Notes: generated by a model from the sequence alone, not told the origin. A DNA stretch of 64,000 bases from the human T2T-CHM13v2.0 reference genome, Homo sapiens (GCF_009914755.1 NC_060929.1), one strand, 5' to 3'. Counted from the stretch's first letter, positions 23,114 to 38,216 are shown. Translations and numbers: made by a program.

Positions 23114-25639
23114 GCTTACAACTAGTTTTCCATCCTCCTGAATTACACACGAGATTTAGAGCACTTTAACTCTCTTTACATCCCTCCTGGCTAATATGTT
23201 TTGCTGCTGTTTTAATTCTGTCATCTTTTAAAATCACTCAACTCACTGGCATTATTGTTTGTATGGTCAGTATTCACTAAGATCTACTCACATGTTTATC
23301 ACTTCTCACGCCTCCATTCCTTGGACCCTCCACCCGAGGTATCTTTTTAAGTGCATCCTGTAAAATGTCCTTTTTGGGAGTCTGACAGTGATATGCTCTC
23401 TGATGCTTTATTTCATTGTTCTTGAAATTTGTCTTTTGATGAATATGGAATTCTTGTTAGGCAGCTATTTTCCTTCAATGTGTTTAATATGGCATTCCAC
23501 TGTCTTCTGGCTTCCATTATTGCTATTAAGAAGTTATTAATCTCCACTTGTTCTTCCTTAGAAGGAAATCTTTATCTCTTAAAGCCTGCTTGCTTTTATA
23601 ACTTTTTTTTGTCTTTTTGATCTATAGTTTTCTATGACAGAGTAAGTATGAATTTCTTTTTATTTATCTTGCTTGGGTTTTGCTGAGCTGGAATCTTTCA
23701 TCACTTCTGCAAAATTCTCATCACAGTCTTTTCAAAGATTGCCTATATTTCATTCCCTCTCTCATTTCTTTCTGAGACTCTGATTAAATGTTTGTCAGAC
23801 CACTTAAAATATCATTCTATTTTCTTAATATTGCTTCTATAATTTTCATTACTTTTCCTGTTTTATAGTCCAAATACTTCTTTTGACCAATTCAATAATT
23901 CTTCCCTTAGCTATATCTAATTTTCTATTAAGCCAACCATTGAAACTTATAGTTATTGTAGTCTTTATTTCTAAATTTTCTATTGATTTTTCAAATCTGC
24001 TAGGTTGCTTTATATAGTTTACCAATCCCTGCAGATATTTTAAAGCTTATTCTTTGTTTCTTTAGACATAGTAAACATAGATTTTCCTTTAATTTATATT
24101 TGATAATTCCAGTTTCTAAAATATTTGTTTCTGATATTTGGTTTTTCACTCATGGACTCATTCTTTTATGAGGTTCATTATTTTTGAATATGCTTATTGT
24201 GCTAAAAGTTAGACACAACTTGAGGCTTAGAATAAAGGTAACTTTCTCTAGAAAAGAATTGTGTACATCTGCATATGCATGTGTGTGTGTGTTTGTATTT
24301 TGCAATCGTTGGGCACTGCTAATCTTGAGGTACTTTAAGCTCAATTCATAGGTGAAAGTTTGGCTCACCCAGGTAACATGAACCTGGGCTACATATGTAC
24401 CTGAGGCCAGTCTGTGGTCACAATTTCCCCAGGGCAAATTGGTGCTGATTTCTTTCTGCTCTCTTCAGCACAGAGGAAAAAAATCTTTGCAGTCCCAGCT
24501 GGGGAGGGAGTATAATTGGGTGTACTTCTGAGTATATCCTTACCTTGAAGTCACAGCCTTTGGGATCCTATTTTAATGTTGTCTCTTAGACTCCTAACTT
24601 AGGAGCCTAGGTATTGATTTCTGAAACTTTTGCTCAATCAAGTCTGCCAAAACAAAAGTTCATTTTTGGGATAGTTGCCAATACCCTTAAGAAAAGCATT
24701 GGCTCAATTTGTTTCTCTAGCATCTCCTTTTCCCTGAGGTTTGGTCATTGCTTTCTTGTCAGCTTGCTCATGCTTTTAAAGAGTTTTTTTTTCCCCTTTT
24801 TTAAAGTTATCCAGTATTTTTTGTTGTTCTCAGTGAGGGATGTGATCTAAATAACCTAGCGCCGTTTCCTGAAGAAGAAAGCAATTAGCTAACTTTTTCA
24901 ATTGCTTTAATGGGGACTGAAACTGTCAAAGCTCTTAAAATTCTTGTTATATTTCTATCCAGGGAAGAAATAGATTCTCTTCCTGCTTCAAGTACTTTCA
25001 AAAGGGAAGCATTATTTTTCATAATTATTTTAGTAGCTGACTCCTTTCCCCAAATCACCAGAAATCACCAGTAACTATTGAGGGTACCTAGTCTGAAGAT
25101 AGATTAGGTGGCTTAATAGTGCTAAAAGAGTACTTTTTCTCTTTTAAAGCAGATGGCTTCAGTGCTTTGAGAAAGAGGACTGAGTGTTCAATCAGAATAC
25201 AGAATCTTTAGTCTCACCACTCATTTAATATAATGTTGAGTTCTGATTAAAAATCTTTCAGGACATTAAATCTTTTGAATGGTTTTAAAAAATCTAATGA
25301 TTAAGAGAGTCATAGAGAGGAGAATTCCTTTTGGAAAATATCTTGGACTAGTTTTTAAAAGTGTAATTAAATTGCTGTGAAATATTTCATGCTTATAGAC
25401 AATAAACCTCATACACCCAACATTCAGCTTCATCGGTTTTAACCTTATATTTACTTCAGATTTTATGGAAAGATTAAGTCTTACAGATACAATTAAAGCA
25501 AGTGTATATCTCTTGCAAATGACCTCTTTCATCTTGAACACAAATTCAGTGTGTATCAGTCTGACACGTTTCATACACGTGTACATGTTTACCCATGTTT
25601 ATGGATGCTTTTTTGCTTTATCATATATGTATCCTTCTA

Positions 25640-26003
25640 GTATGGGCTGAATGTTTATGTCCTCCTACTCCCAAGTTAGTAATGTTTAAACCCTAATCTC
25701 CAATGTGATAGCATTTTGATGTGGGGCCTTTTGAAGGTGATTAGGGGGAGCCCCCATGAATGTGATTAGTGCCCTTATAAGAAAAGACATGAGAGATTTG
25801 ATCCTTCTCTCTTTCATTCAGCCATGTGAGTGATAATATAGCTGGAAGGCAGCTGTCCAGGAAGGAAGAGGGCCTGAACCAGATGCTGAATCAGCTGCTG
25901 CACTGATCTTGGGCTTCTAGCCTCCAGAACCATGAGAAATGAATCTGTTATTTAAGCCACCCAGTCTATGGTATTTGTTATGACAGCCTGAGAAGACGCA
26001 GAC
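25640..26003 (+). mobile_element. MaLR LTR (MLT1A/MSTD-like)
   Basis: TATGGGCTGAATGTTTATGTC...CCTCCAGAACCATGAGAAAT...TTTAAGCCACCCAGTCTATGGTATTTGTTAT. Confidence 0.7.
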
Positions 26004-26044
26004 AATTCTGCAGCTTTTTTCGCTTGCTTTTATACTTTAAAGAA

Positions 26045-26377
26045 GAGGGGTCCCCAGCTCCTGGGCCATGGACTAGTACCAGTCCATAGCCCATTAGGAA
26101 CTGGGCTGCACAGCAGGAGATGAGTGGCTGGTGAGTGAGCATTACTGCCTGAGCTCCAACTCCTGTCAGATTAGTGGTGACATTAGATTCTCATAGGAGC
26201 ACGAGAACTCTATTGTGAACTGTGGATGTGAGGGATCTAGGTTGCATGCTCCTTATGAGACTCAAATGCCTGATGATCTGAGGTGGAACAGTTTCATTCC
26301 AAACCACCTCCACCCCTCAATTCTATGGAAAAATTGTCTTCTGTGGTCCCTGGTGCCAAAAAGGTTGGGGACCACTG
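26045..26377 (+). mobile_element. MER1B-like hAT-Charlie DNA transposon
   Basis: AGGGGTCCCC start, TTAGATTCTCATAGGAGC, GAGGGATCTAGGTTGC, and GGTGCCAAAAAGGTTGGGGACCACTG end. Confidence 0.8.
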
Positions 26378-26723
26378 CTTTAAAATTTTATCTATGTTGA
26401 AAGACATAGCTCTAGTAGGTTCATTTTAACTATTACATGGTATGAACAGGCCGCAACTTATTTTTCTGATCGATGAATATTTAGGCCCCCTTTTGGCTAT
26501 TAAGAACGATGTAACATTCCTGTACATGTCTCCACATATATGTGTGCAAGAGTGTTTCTGAGGTATGTACTTAGAATTGTGCCAAAAAAATGAGTACTTT
26601 ACATTCCTCTAGCTGTTTTCAAATAACTCTTCAGAGTTTATGATCTACTAACAGGATAGGGAAGTTCCTTGGTTATGCTTTAACATCTTTAACACACTCC
26701 CAAAATGACTTGTCCCTATTTTA

Positions 26724-27036
<313 letters not shown>

Positions 27037-27147
27037 TTTTTTTTCTACATCTAATGTTAGTGAGATTGGTCTGTAATTTTCTTTCCTTGAACTGCCCATG
27101 CCCATTTTGATATCAGTTATTATAGCCATGAAAAACAAATTGCTTAT

Positions 27148-27599
27148 TGCTGTGGTTTAAATGTATGTGCCCCCTCTAAACTCATATGTTGGAACCTAAT
27201 ACCCACTGTGATAGTATTAAGAGGAGGGGCCTTTTGGAAGTGATTAAGTCATGAAAGATCTTCCTTCATGAATGAATTAGATGCCCTTATAAAAGAGGAT
27301 GATGGAAGCATCCTAGTGCTTTTTTTGCCCTTTCACCATGTGAGGACACAGTGTTTGTTTCATCTCTTTTTGCCTTGTGAGGACACAGCATTCATCTTTT
27401 TTTTTTTTTTGTGCCCTTCCCAAAGATGCAGCAAGAGGACACCATTTGAAGCAGGGAGCAGTGCTCACCAGACTCTGAACCTGCTGGTGCTTTGGTCTTA
27501 GACTTATCAGCCCCTAGAGCTATGAGAAATATATTTCTATTCTTTGTAAATTACCCAGTCTCAGGTGTTCTGTTGCAATAGCATAAACTGACTAAGACA
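27148..27599 (+). mobile_element. MST-type MaLR solo LTR
   Basis: TG...CA ends (TGCTGTGGTTTAAATG...ACTAAGACA) with 5-bp TSD CTTAT on both sides. Confidence 0.8.
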
Positions 27600-30170
27600 C
27601 TTATCTTTTTCTATTTTTTTATTCCATGAAAAAATTGATATAATAGAGATTAACTGTTCTTTACAAGTTTGATCAAACTTTAAATCCTTTGGGTCTAATG
27701 TTTTTGGGGATAGGATTTGGCTTATTCAGGCTTGCTGAGTGATCTTGACTGGATTTTGGTAAATTTTACCAAACTTAACATTGCTAAAATTAATTTAACA
27801 TAGCTAAAATTTTTTTACATTCATATTTTGTTAATTGATCCAATAATGTCCTAATGGTGTGTTTTTTTTCCCTTCAGCACAGAATCCAGTTTAGGGTCAA
27901 ATATTACATTTAGTTTTCATGTCTCCTTAGTCTCCTTTAATCTGGGCTATTTCGTAGCCTTTGGTTTTTTATGGCAGTGACATTTTTGAAAAATACTGGA
28001 ATACTCTCACCCTACCTACCACCTTTTTGTTTAAAGAAAGAATAATGCTCATTTTGTATTTGTCTGATGTTTCCTTATGAGCATATTCAGATTATACATT
28101 CTCTACCTGGCCATGTGATCCTGGCAATTCAGATACCCTCTTTGAGCCTCAATTTCCATATCTGTAATTAAAAAAAGCACTGGATTAAATGATGATTAAA
28201 ATCCCCTCCTAGGATTCTATCTAGGATTCATTTTTCATATAACAACAACCCACTAAATTCTTTTTTTCTTCTAAAAAGAAAACAATGGATTAAACAAATA
28301 AAAAAAAACCCCTAAATAGCCACAGTCAATTTGAGATTCATTTATTTAACAGATAGTTATTGTTCACACATTGGCCAGGCTCTTTTGACTAGATGGTACA
28401 AAAAACCAACTATGACTGAATTGAGCTATAATAAGCCTAGAGGTAGGATTAGCTTCAGGCAAAGCTGGATGCAGGCACTCAGCAATGTCCCATGGAATCT
28501 GCACCTCTCCCTTTCTTCATCCTGCTTTCCTCTCTGTTGGTCTCATTCTCCAGTAGTCCTTTCTACATTACGGCAAGAAATTGCCAGTTGCTCCAGGCTT
28601 CCAAACAACTGGCTCAGCAACCACAGCGGAAAGACTGCTCCTGCTTTCCAACAAAAATCCTAAGGCAGGATCTCATTGGCCAGGACTGGGTCATATGTAC
28701 ATGCCTGAACCAATCACTGTGAATGGGGTCGGGTAGAATTGTTTGGATGGGGTTCTGGGTCATGTCTCCATCTCCAAAACCAGGAGACAGTGTCTGCTCT
28801 GGATTGTGTATCAGTCAGGGGAGAAGAGTTACTGTGAGTGTCTAGGATAAGAGATTTACTACAGGGACTAGACCTCCCATAATTGTGAGAGGAGTGAGAA
28901 AGTGAAGCCCAGAAAAGGACTTAAAGGATAAAAGTCACCAAATTGAGAAACCAAGCACATCCAACTACAGACGTGACTGCAAAAAAGTGATGGAGGGGTC
29001 TATGGGAAGCAGTTATCTTTGAGTCTACAGCCAAGAATCTGGCCATGAGCCTAAGCTCACATTTGGTAATCAGGGCCAGAAGTTAGGAAAGGGAGCTGGA
29101 AGCAGCATAGTGCAGAGCAATTATGAAAACAATCACAATCCAGTTCAGTAAGTGTTTAATAAGAGAAATCACAAGACACAATGGGAGCCCCAAGGGGTTA
29201 CAGAATCCAGCCTAGACACCAAGGAAGGCCTCTTGGAGGAGACAACATTTGAGATGAGGCCTGAAGGATGAGAAGAGAGCCAGAGGAAATGGGAGAGAAA
29301 TTAGCAAATGCAGAGGCCTAGAAGCAAGAATAGGGTATTTGAGAACTAAAAGTAGCTTGGTCTGGCTGGGGTCTAAGTATGAAGTAGGAAGCATCACTGG
29401 TGATGCCAGGGGGCCAGCAGGACCCAGATATTACAGGTTCGTAAGTGAGGAGTTTGGACTCTGTCCTAAGAGCAATGGGGAACCATGGTAGGATGTGAAG
29501 CAAAGGAGAGGTAAGTATCATAGGTAGATGTTGGCACATTGGAGATAGGAGGATCTTCTGAACACATTTCCCTCCCAGGAAAAGTCCAAACACCTCAGCT
29601 GGAATGCTGATCCCTGTACCTTCAAGGGTTTGCTAGCTTTAGCTTCCTTCTCTGAAGGTAATCTGAGGAATATGGCATTGGGAATGTGATGGCATTTGTT
29701 ACATTTTCAACTGCAAGTGACAGTGTGCCTGACAGCAGCTTAATCAAAGAAGAAATATCATCTTTTATAGCAAAACATCTTAAGGTTGGCAGCCAGGGGC
29801 TCAGTGTGTCCAAGAATCCAGGCTCTTTTCATCTTTCTGCTCTGGGATCTCTAGCAGTAGTTGGCTTTGTCCTTAAACTCATTGCCCAAAACAGTGGCTG
29901 CAGTGCCACACATCATTTGGTCACAGGGCACTGACAAAAGCAGGAAGGAAAAGGTGGGACAAAAGGCTTTTACCTCATGACTCTATCTTATTGATAATAA
30001 TAATTAAAAAAACAGGTATCCCTTGACCTCTCATTGGCTAAGAGCTGGATCATGTGCCCACCCTGGACCAATCACTGCTGAAGGTAAAGGAATTACTGCT
30101 CCTACTTAAGACAGATCATTATTGATTTTCTGGGGCTGGAGAGCACCGCGTCCTAGGGGATTTCTAATCC

Positions 30171-30213
30171 TTAGGTTGGTACATAAGTAATCGTGGATTT
30201 TGCCATTAAAAGT
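30171..30213 (+). mobile_element. Half MADE1 (mariner MITE) fragment
   Basis: TTAGGTTGGTACATAAGTAATCGTGGATTTTGCCATTAAAAGT resembles one MADE1 arm. Confidence 0.65.
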
Positions 30214-30777
30214 GCTAGTATTTTTATAGACATTGAGCAAAAGGTATTTAGAATTTCCATCATGACTTACTCTTTATTTCATAAGTTGTTTAGAAGTACA
30301 TTTTGAAATTTCTAAGTTTGTTAGGTTTTATGTGGCTACCTGTTTATTGCTGGTTTCTAATTTAAATAACTTGTCAGAGAACATAAACTTTATGATTTTT
30401 TTTTTCTTTCAAATTCCTTTGTGATTTAGAATTGTCTCTCTGGTAACTGGTTTGTGTATGTTTGAAAAAATGTTATCTGTTTTGAGCAAAGTTTTATATA
30501 TTAGGTCAAACAATTTATTAAAAGTTTCTATACCCCTTCTATTTTTTCATCTATTTGATCTATACCAGTTTCTTATATAGTTGTATGAAAATATCAAACT
30601 ATGATTGTGAATTTGTCCATTTCTTATTTTTGCTGGATGAAAAAAATCCAGTCTGTAATTTTTTTAAAGGAAGAATTTAATCTACTTGCATCAACTATGA
30701 GTACTGATATATTTCAATTTAGTTAAACATCTCATTTTGCATTTTTTGTTTGCCATCATTTTCTTTGCTCTCATTTT

Positions 30778-33700
30778 ATTTTTAAAATTAAAATGCATTT
30801 TTTCATTATACTTTAAGTTCTGGGCTACATGTGCAGAATGTGCAGGTTTGTTACGTAGGCATACACGTGCCATGGTGGTTTGCTGCATCCATCAAACCAT
30901 CTACATTAGGTATTTCTCCTAATGCTATCCCTCCCCTAGCACCATCTGACAGGCCCAAGTGTGTGATGTTGCCCTCCCTGTGTCCATGTGTTCTCATTGT
31001 TCAACTCTCACTTATGAGTGAGAACATGCAGTATTTTTGGTTTTCTGTTCCTGTGTTAGTTTCCTGAGAATGATGGTTTCCAGCTTCATCCATGTCCCTT
31101 CAAAGGACAACTCATCCTTTTTTTATGGTTGCATAGTATTCCATGGTATATATATATATGCCACATTTTCTTTATCCAGTCTATCATTGGTGGGCATTTG
31201 GGTTGGTTCCAAGTCTTTGCTATTGTGAACAGAGCTGCAATAAACGTGTGTGCATGTGTCTTTATAGTAGAATGATTTATAATGCTTTGGGTATATACCC
31301 AGTAATGGGATGGCTGGATCAAATGGTATTTCTGGTTCTAGATCCTTGAGGAATCGCCACACTGTCTTCCACAATGGTTGAACTAATTTACACTCCCACC
31401 AACAGTGTAAAAGTTTTCTCCACATCCTCTCCATCATCTGTTGTTTCCTGACGTTTTAATGATCGCCATTCTAACTGGAGTGAGATGGTATTTCATTGTG
31501 GTTTTGATTTGCATTTCTCTAATGACCAGTGATGATGAGCTTTTTTCATATGTTTGTTGGCCACATAAATGTCTTCTTTTGAGAAGTATCTGTTCATGTC
31601 CTTTGTGTACTTTTTGATGGGATTGCTTTTTCTTGTAAATTTAAGTTCCTTGTAGATTGTGGATATTAGCCCTTTGTCAGATGGATAGATTGCAAAAATT
31701 TTCTGCCATCCTGTAGGTTGCCTGTTCATTCTGATAATAGTTTCTTTTGCTGTGCAGAAGCTCTTTAATTAGATCCCATTTTCAATTTTGGCTCTTGTTG
31801 CCATTGCTTTTGGTGTTTTAGTCATGAAGTCTTTGCCCATGCCTATGTCCTGAATGGTATTGCCTAGGTTTTCTTCTAGGGTTTTTATGGTTTTAGGTCT
31901 TACATTTAAGTCATTAATCCATCTTGAGTGAATTTTTGTATAAGGTGTAAGGAAGGGGTCCAGTTTGTTTTCTGCATATGGCTAGCCAGTTTTCCCAACA
32001 CCATTTATTAAATAGGGAATCCTTTCCCCATTGCTTGTTTCTGTCAGAGTTGTCAAAGATCAGATGGTTGTAGATGTGTGATGTGATTTCTGAGGCCTCT
32101 GTTCTGTTCTGTTGGTTTATATATCTGTTTTGGTACCAGTACCATGCTGTTTTGGTTACTGTAGCCTTGTAGCATAGTTTGAAGTCAAGCAGCATGAGGC
32201 CTCCAGCTTTGTGTTTTTTGCTTAGCATTGTCTTGTCTATATGGGTTGTTTTGGTTCCATATGAAATTTAAAGTAGATTTTTCCAGTTCTGTGGAGAAAG
32301 TCAGTGGTAGCTTGATGGGGATAGCATTGAATCTATAAATTAATTTGGGCAGTATGGCCATTTTCACAATATTGATTCTTCCTATCCATGAGCATGGAAT
32401 GTTTTTGCATTTGTTTGTGTCCTCTCTTATTTCTTTGACCAGTGGTTTCTAGTTCTCCTTGAAGATGTCTTTCACTTCCCTTGTTAGCTGTATTCCTAGG
32501 TATTTTATTGTCTTTGTAGCAATTGTGAATGGGAGAGTTCACTCATGATTTGGCTGTTTGTCTATTATTGGTGTATAGGAATGCTTGTGATTTTTGTACA
32601 TTGATTTTGTATCCCAAGACTTTGCTGAAGTTGCTTATCAGCTTAAGATTTGGGGCTGAGACAATGGGGTTTTCTAGATATACAATCATGTTATCTGCAA
32701 ACAGAGACAATTTGACTTCCTCTTCTCCTATTTGAATACCCTTTATTTCTTTCTCTTGCCTGATTGCCCTGGCCAGAACTTCCGATACTATGTTGAATAG
32801 GAGTGGTGAGAGAGGGTGGCATCCTTGTTTTCTGTCGGTTTTCAAGGGGAATGTTTCCAGCTTTTGCCCATTCAGTATGATATTGGCTATGGGTTTGTCA
32901 TAAATAGCTCTTATTATTTTGAGATACGTTCCATCAATACCTAATTTATTGAGAGTTTTTAGCATTAAGAGGTGAATTTTATCGAAGGCCTTTTCTGCAT
33001 CTATTGAGGTAATTGTGTGGTGTTTGTCATTGGTTCTGTTTATGTGATGGATTACATTTATTGTTTATGTATGTTGAACCAGCCTTGCATCCCAGGGATG
33101 AAGCTGACTTGATTGTGGGTGGATAAGCTTTTTGATGTGCTGCTGGATTTGGTTTGCCAGTATTTTATTTAGGATTTTTGCATCAATGTTTAACAGGGAT
33201 ATTGGCCTGAAATTTTCTTTTGTTGTGTCTTTGCCAGGTTTTTGTATCAGGATGATGCTGGCTTCATAAAATGAGTTAGGGAGGAGTCCCTCTTTTTTTA
33301 TTGTTTGGAATAGTTTCAGAAGAAATGATATCAGCTCCTCTTTGTACCTCTGGTAGAATTCGGCTGTGAATCCGTCTGGTCCTGGGCTTTCTTTGGTTGG
33401 TAGGCTATTAATTACTGCCTCAATTTCAGAACTTGTTATTGGTCTGTTCAGGGGTTTGACTTCTTCCTGGTTTAGTCTTGGGAGAGTGTATGTGTCCAGG
33501 AATTTATCCATTTCTTCTTGATTTTCCAGTACATTTGTGTAGAGGTGTTTATAGTATTCTCTGATGGTAGTTTGTATTTCTGTGGGATCAGTGGTGATAT
33601 CCTCTTTATCATTTTTTATTCTGTCTATTTGATTTTTCTCTCATTAGTCTGGCTAGTGGTCTATTTTGTTAATCTTTTCAAAACACTAGTTCCTGGATTC

Positions 33701-36700
33701 ATTGATTTTTTGTTTTTGAAGGGTTTTTTGTGTTTCTATCTCCTTCAGTTCTGCTCTGATCTTAGTTATTTCTTGTCTTCTGCTAGCTTTTGAATTTGTT
33801 TGCTCTTGCTTCTCTAGTTCTTTTAATTGTGATGTTAGGGTGTTGATTTTAGATCTTTCCCACTTTCTCCTCTGGGCATTTAGTGCTATAAACGTCCCTC
33901 TAAACACTGCTTTAGCTGTGTCCAGAGATTCTGGTACATTGTGTCTTCGTTCTCACTGGTTTCAAAGAACTTCTTTATTTCTGCCTTAATTTCATTATTT
34001 ACCCAGTGGTCATTCAGGAGCAGGTTGTTCAGTTTCCATGTAGTTGTTCAGTTTCAAGTGAGTTTCTTAATGCCGAGTTCTAATTTGATTGTGCTGTGGT
34101 CTGAGAGACTGTTTGTTATGATTTCCATTCTTTTGTATTTGCTGACGAGTGTTTTACTTCCAATTATGTGGTCAATTTTAGAATAAGTGTGATGTGGTGC
34201 TGAGAAGAATGTATATTCTGTTGATTTGGGGTGTAGAGTTCTGTAGATGTCTATTAGGTCTGCTTAGTCCAGAGCTGAGTTCAAGTCCTGAATATCCTTG
34301 TTAATATTCTGTCTTGTTGATCTGTCTACTATTGACAGTGGGGTATTAAAGCCTCCCATTATTATTGTATGGGAGTCTAAGTCTCTTTGTAGGTCTCTAA
34401 GAACTTGATTTATGAATCTGGGTGCCCTGTATTTGGTGCATATATATTTAGGATAGTTAGCCCTTCCTGTTGCATTGATCCCTTTACCATTATGTAATGC
34501 CCTTCTTTGTCTTTTTTGATCTTTGTTGGTTTAAAGTCTGTTTTATCAGAGACTAGGATTGCAACCCTGCTTTTTTTTGTTTTCCATTTGCTTGGTAAGT
34601 ATTCCTCCATCCCTTTATTTTGAGCCTATGTGTGTCTTTGCATATGTGACATGGGTGTCCAGAATACAGCACACCAATGGGTCTTGACTCTTTATCCAAT
34701 TTGCCAGTCTGTGTCTTTTAATTGGAGCATTTAGCCCACTTACATTTAAGGTTAATATTGTTATGTGTGAATTTGATCCTGTCATGATGTTAACTGGTTA
34801 TTTTGCCCATTAGTTGATGCAGTTTCTTCATAGTGTCAATGGTCTTTATAATTTGGTATGTTTTTGCAGTGGCTGCTACTGATTTTTCCTTTCCATACTT
34901 AGTGCTTCCTTCAGGAGCTCTTGTAAGGTAGGCCTGGTGGTGACAAAATCTCTCATCATTTGCTTGTCGTAAAGGATTTTATTTCTCCTTTGCTTATGAA
35001 GCTTAGTTTGGCTGGATATGAAATTCTGGGTTGAAAATTCTTTAAGAATGTTGAATATTGGTCCTCACTCTCTCCTGGCTTGTAGGATTTTTACAGAGAT
35101 ATCTGCTGTTAGTCTGATGGACTTCTCTTTGTGGGGAACCCGACCTTTCTCTCTGGTTGCCCTTAGTATTTTTTCCTTCATTTCAACCTTGGTGAATCTG
35201 ACAATTATGTGTCTTGGCCTGTCTTGCTAGGTTGGAGAAGTTCTCCTGGATAACATCCTGAAGAGTGTTTTCCAAGTTGGTTCCATTCTCCCCATCACTT
35301 TCAGGTACACCAATCAAATATAGGTTTGGTCTTTTCACATAGTTCCATATTTCTTGGAGGCTTTGTTCATTCCTTTCCATTCTTTTTTCTCTAATCTTGT
35401 CTTCAAGCTTTCTCATTAAGTTTATCTTCAATCTCTGATATCCTTTCTTCCACTTGATCGATTCAGCTATTGATACTTGTGTATGCTTCACAAAGTTCCC
35501 ATACTGTGTTTGTCAGCTCCATTAGGTCATTTATGTTCTTCTCTAAACTGGTTGTTTTAGTTAGCCATCCCTCTAATCTTTTTTCAAGGTTCTTAGCTTC
35601 CTTGCATTGCATTAGAACATGCTCCTTTAGCTTGGAGGTGTTTGTTATTACCCACCTTCTGAAGCCTACTTCTGTCAATTCATCAAACTCATTCTCCATC
35701 CAGTTTTGTTCCCTTGCTGGTGAGGAGTTGTGATCTTTTGGAGGAGAAGTGGCATTCTGGTTTTTGGAATTTTCAGCCTTTTTGTGCTGTTTTTTTCTCA
35801 TCTTCATGGATTTATCTACCTTCGGGTCTTTGATGTTAGTGAACTTCAGATGGGGTTTCTGTATGGGCTTTTTTTTGTTGATGTTGATGCTATTCCTTTC
35901 TGTTTGTTAGTTTCCTTCTAACAGTCAGGCCTGTCTGCTGGAGTTTGCTGGAGGTCCACTCCAGACCCTGTTTGCCTGGATATCACCAGCAGAGGCTGCA
36001 GAACAGCAAAGATTGCTGCCTGTTCCTTCTTCTGGAAGCTTCATCCCAGAGGGGCACCCACCAGATGCCAGCCAGAACTTTCCTGTATGAGGTGTCTCCC
36101 AATCAGGAAGCACAGGGGTCAGGGACCCACTGGAGGAGACAGTCTGTCCCTTAGCAGAGCTCGAGCGCTGTGCTTCAGAGCTGGCCGTCAGGAACGTTTA
36201 AGTCTGCTGAAGCTGTGCCTACAGCCACCCCTACCCCGAGGTGCTCTGTCCCAGGGAGAGGGGAGTTTTATCTATAAGCCTCTGACTGGAGTTGCTGCTT
36301 TTCTTGCAGAGATGCCCCACCCAGAGAGGAGGAATCTAGACAGGCAGTCTGGCTACAGAAGCTATGAAGTGCTGCAGTGGGCTCTGTCCAGTTCGAATTT
36401 CCTGGTGGCTTTGTTTACACTGTGAGGGGAATACCACCTACTGAAGCCTCAGTAATGGTGGACACCCCTCTCCCAACCAAGCTGGAGTGTACCAGGTCAA
36501 CTTCAGACTGCTGTGCTCGCAGTGAGAATTTCAAGCCAGTGGATCTTAGCTTACTGGGCTCCATGGGGGTGGGATCTGCTGAACTAGACCACTTGGCTCC
36601 CTGGCTTCAGCCCCCTTTCCAGGGGAGTGAACAGTTCTATCTCTTTGGCATTCCAGGCACCACTGGGGTATGGAAAAAAAAAACAAAACTCCTGCAGCTA

Positions 36701-37092
36701 TCTCCATGTCTGCCCAAACGGCCACCCAGCTTTGTGATTGAAACCCAGGGCCCTCGTGGTGTAGGCACCCGAGAGAATCTCCTGGTCTGTGGATTGGGAA
36801 GACTGTGGGAAAAGTGTAGTATCTGGGCCAGAGTAGACTGTTCCTCATGGCTCCTCATGGCTTCCCTTGGCTAGGGCAGGCAGTTCCCCAACCCCTTGTG
36901 CTTTCCGGGTGAGGCAATGCCCCACCCTACTTTGGCTCGCTCTCTGTGGGCTGCAACCACTGTCTAAGCACTCCCAGTGAGATGAGCTGGGTACCTCAGT
37001 TGGAAATGCGGAAATCACCCACCTTCTGTGTTGATCTTGCTAGGAACTGCAGGCTGGAGCTGTTCCTATTTGGCCATCTCGCCAGCCACCCC
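30778..37092 (-). mobile_element. Near full-length L1PA (older, L1PA7-like), ORFs disrupted; sense to ATP10B
   Basis: The ORF track gives fragmented ORF1/ORF2 peptides on the minus strand (e.g. [16 protein letters not shown]). 5' end ...GATGGCCAAATAGGAACAGCTCC. TGCTCTCATTTT flanks both ends (30766 and 37093). Confidence 0.93.
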
Positions 37093-37954
37093 TGCTCTCA
37101 TTTTTTCATCTTTCCTACATCTGCAGAATTGACAGTTTTCTAGATTTTTTTCTTTTTCCCTTTTAGTGATTAATCTTAAGATACTAAAAAAACTGAACTC
37201 TTATGGAAAAATGTATAGTTAAATGTGTATTTTTATTCTTCTATCCACTATGAAGGCTTTAGCATAAATTACCTACCTATTGAATAGCCCTTCTTTATGT
37301 TGTGTCTTATAGTTTTAGCTTTTGTTTACATTCTTGCAGAAGTATGTTCCTTTTTTTGTGAGGGCCTATGGGTAGTTAACCTTATAGAGTTTATTTGAAA
37401 ATAGGATTTATCTTGCCTTACTCTTAATAGTGTAGCTTTTCTAGTTTTATTTTCTCCTTCAGGTTTTTTGAAGACAATTACTCCATTGTCTCCTGGCTTT
37501 TATTGTTTGGTCACCAGCATAGCTGTTCCTTTTCAAGTAATTTGTCTATAGTCTCTGGCAGACTTAAGGGCTGCCTCTGTATGTTTTATATTATACAATT
37601 TAATTATGATATATCCAGGCAATACATCCAGATTTTTGATAAATTTTCATTCTCAATGACAATTTCTTCAAATATTGCTTCTCCATCATTCTTTTTTCCT
37701 CCTGATATTCCTATTTAGAGAGGCTGAAGCCATTTGTTCTAGCCACCATTTCCTCTTATTTTTCATATTTGTGTATCATTCTGGATAAGCTCCCAAAACT
37801 ACATTTCAATTTGGCAGTTTATTTTTTGCCAGTGTCTGATCTAGAGCAGATCCTACAAATTGTAGTTTTAATTTCAATGACAATATTTTATTTTCAAGAA
37901 TTCATTAGCTTGGTGGTTTCTAGTATCAAACAGCTTCTGATAAAACTATACCTT

Positions 37955-38216
37955 CTTGGGAGGCTGAGACGGGCGGATCACGAGGTCAGGAGATTGAGAC
38001 CATCTTGGCTAACATATTGAAACCCTGTCTCTACTAAAATTACAAAAAATTAGCTGGGCATGGTGGCACGCGCCATAGTCCCAGCTACTGAGGAGGCTGA
38101 GGCAGAAGAATCTTTTGAACCCAGGAGGCGGAGGTGCAATGAGCCAAGATGGCGCCACTGCACTCTGGCCTGGATGACAGAGCGAGACTTCATCTCCAAA
38201 AAACAAACAAAAAACC
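37955..38216 (+). mobile_element. Alu, slightly 5'-truncated (AluY/Sc-like)
   Basis: GGATCACGAGGTCAGGAGAT..GGCTAAC. AAAACTATACCT flanks both ends. Confidence 0.88.

Noticed and set aside
30171-30213. miR-548-type hairpin from MADE1
   Set aside because: Only one arm is present, so no hairpin can form.
36377-36874. 165-aa + strand ORF as a gene
   Set aside because: It lies antisense within the L1 5' UTR and has a GTG start. It is a decayed ORF0-region frame with no independent support.
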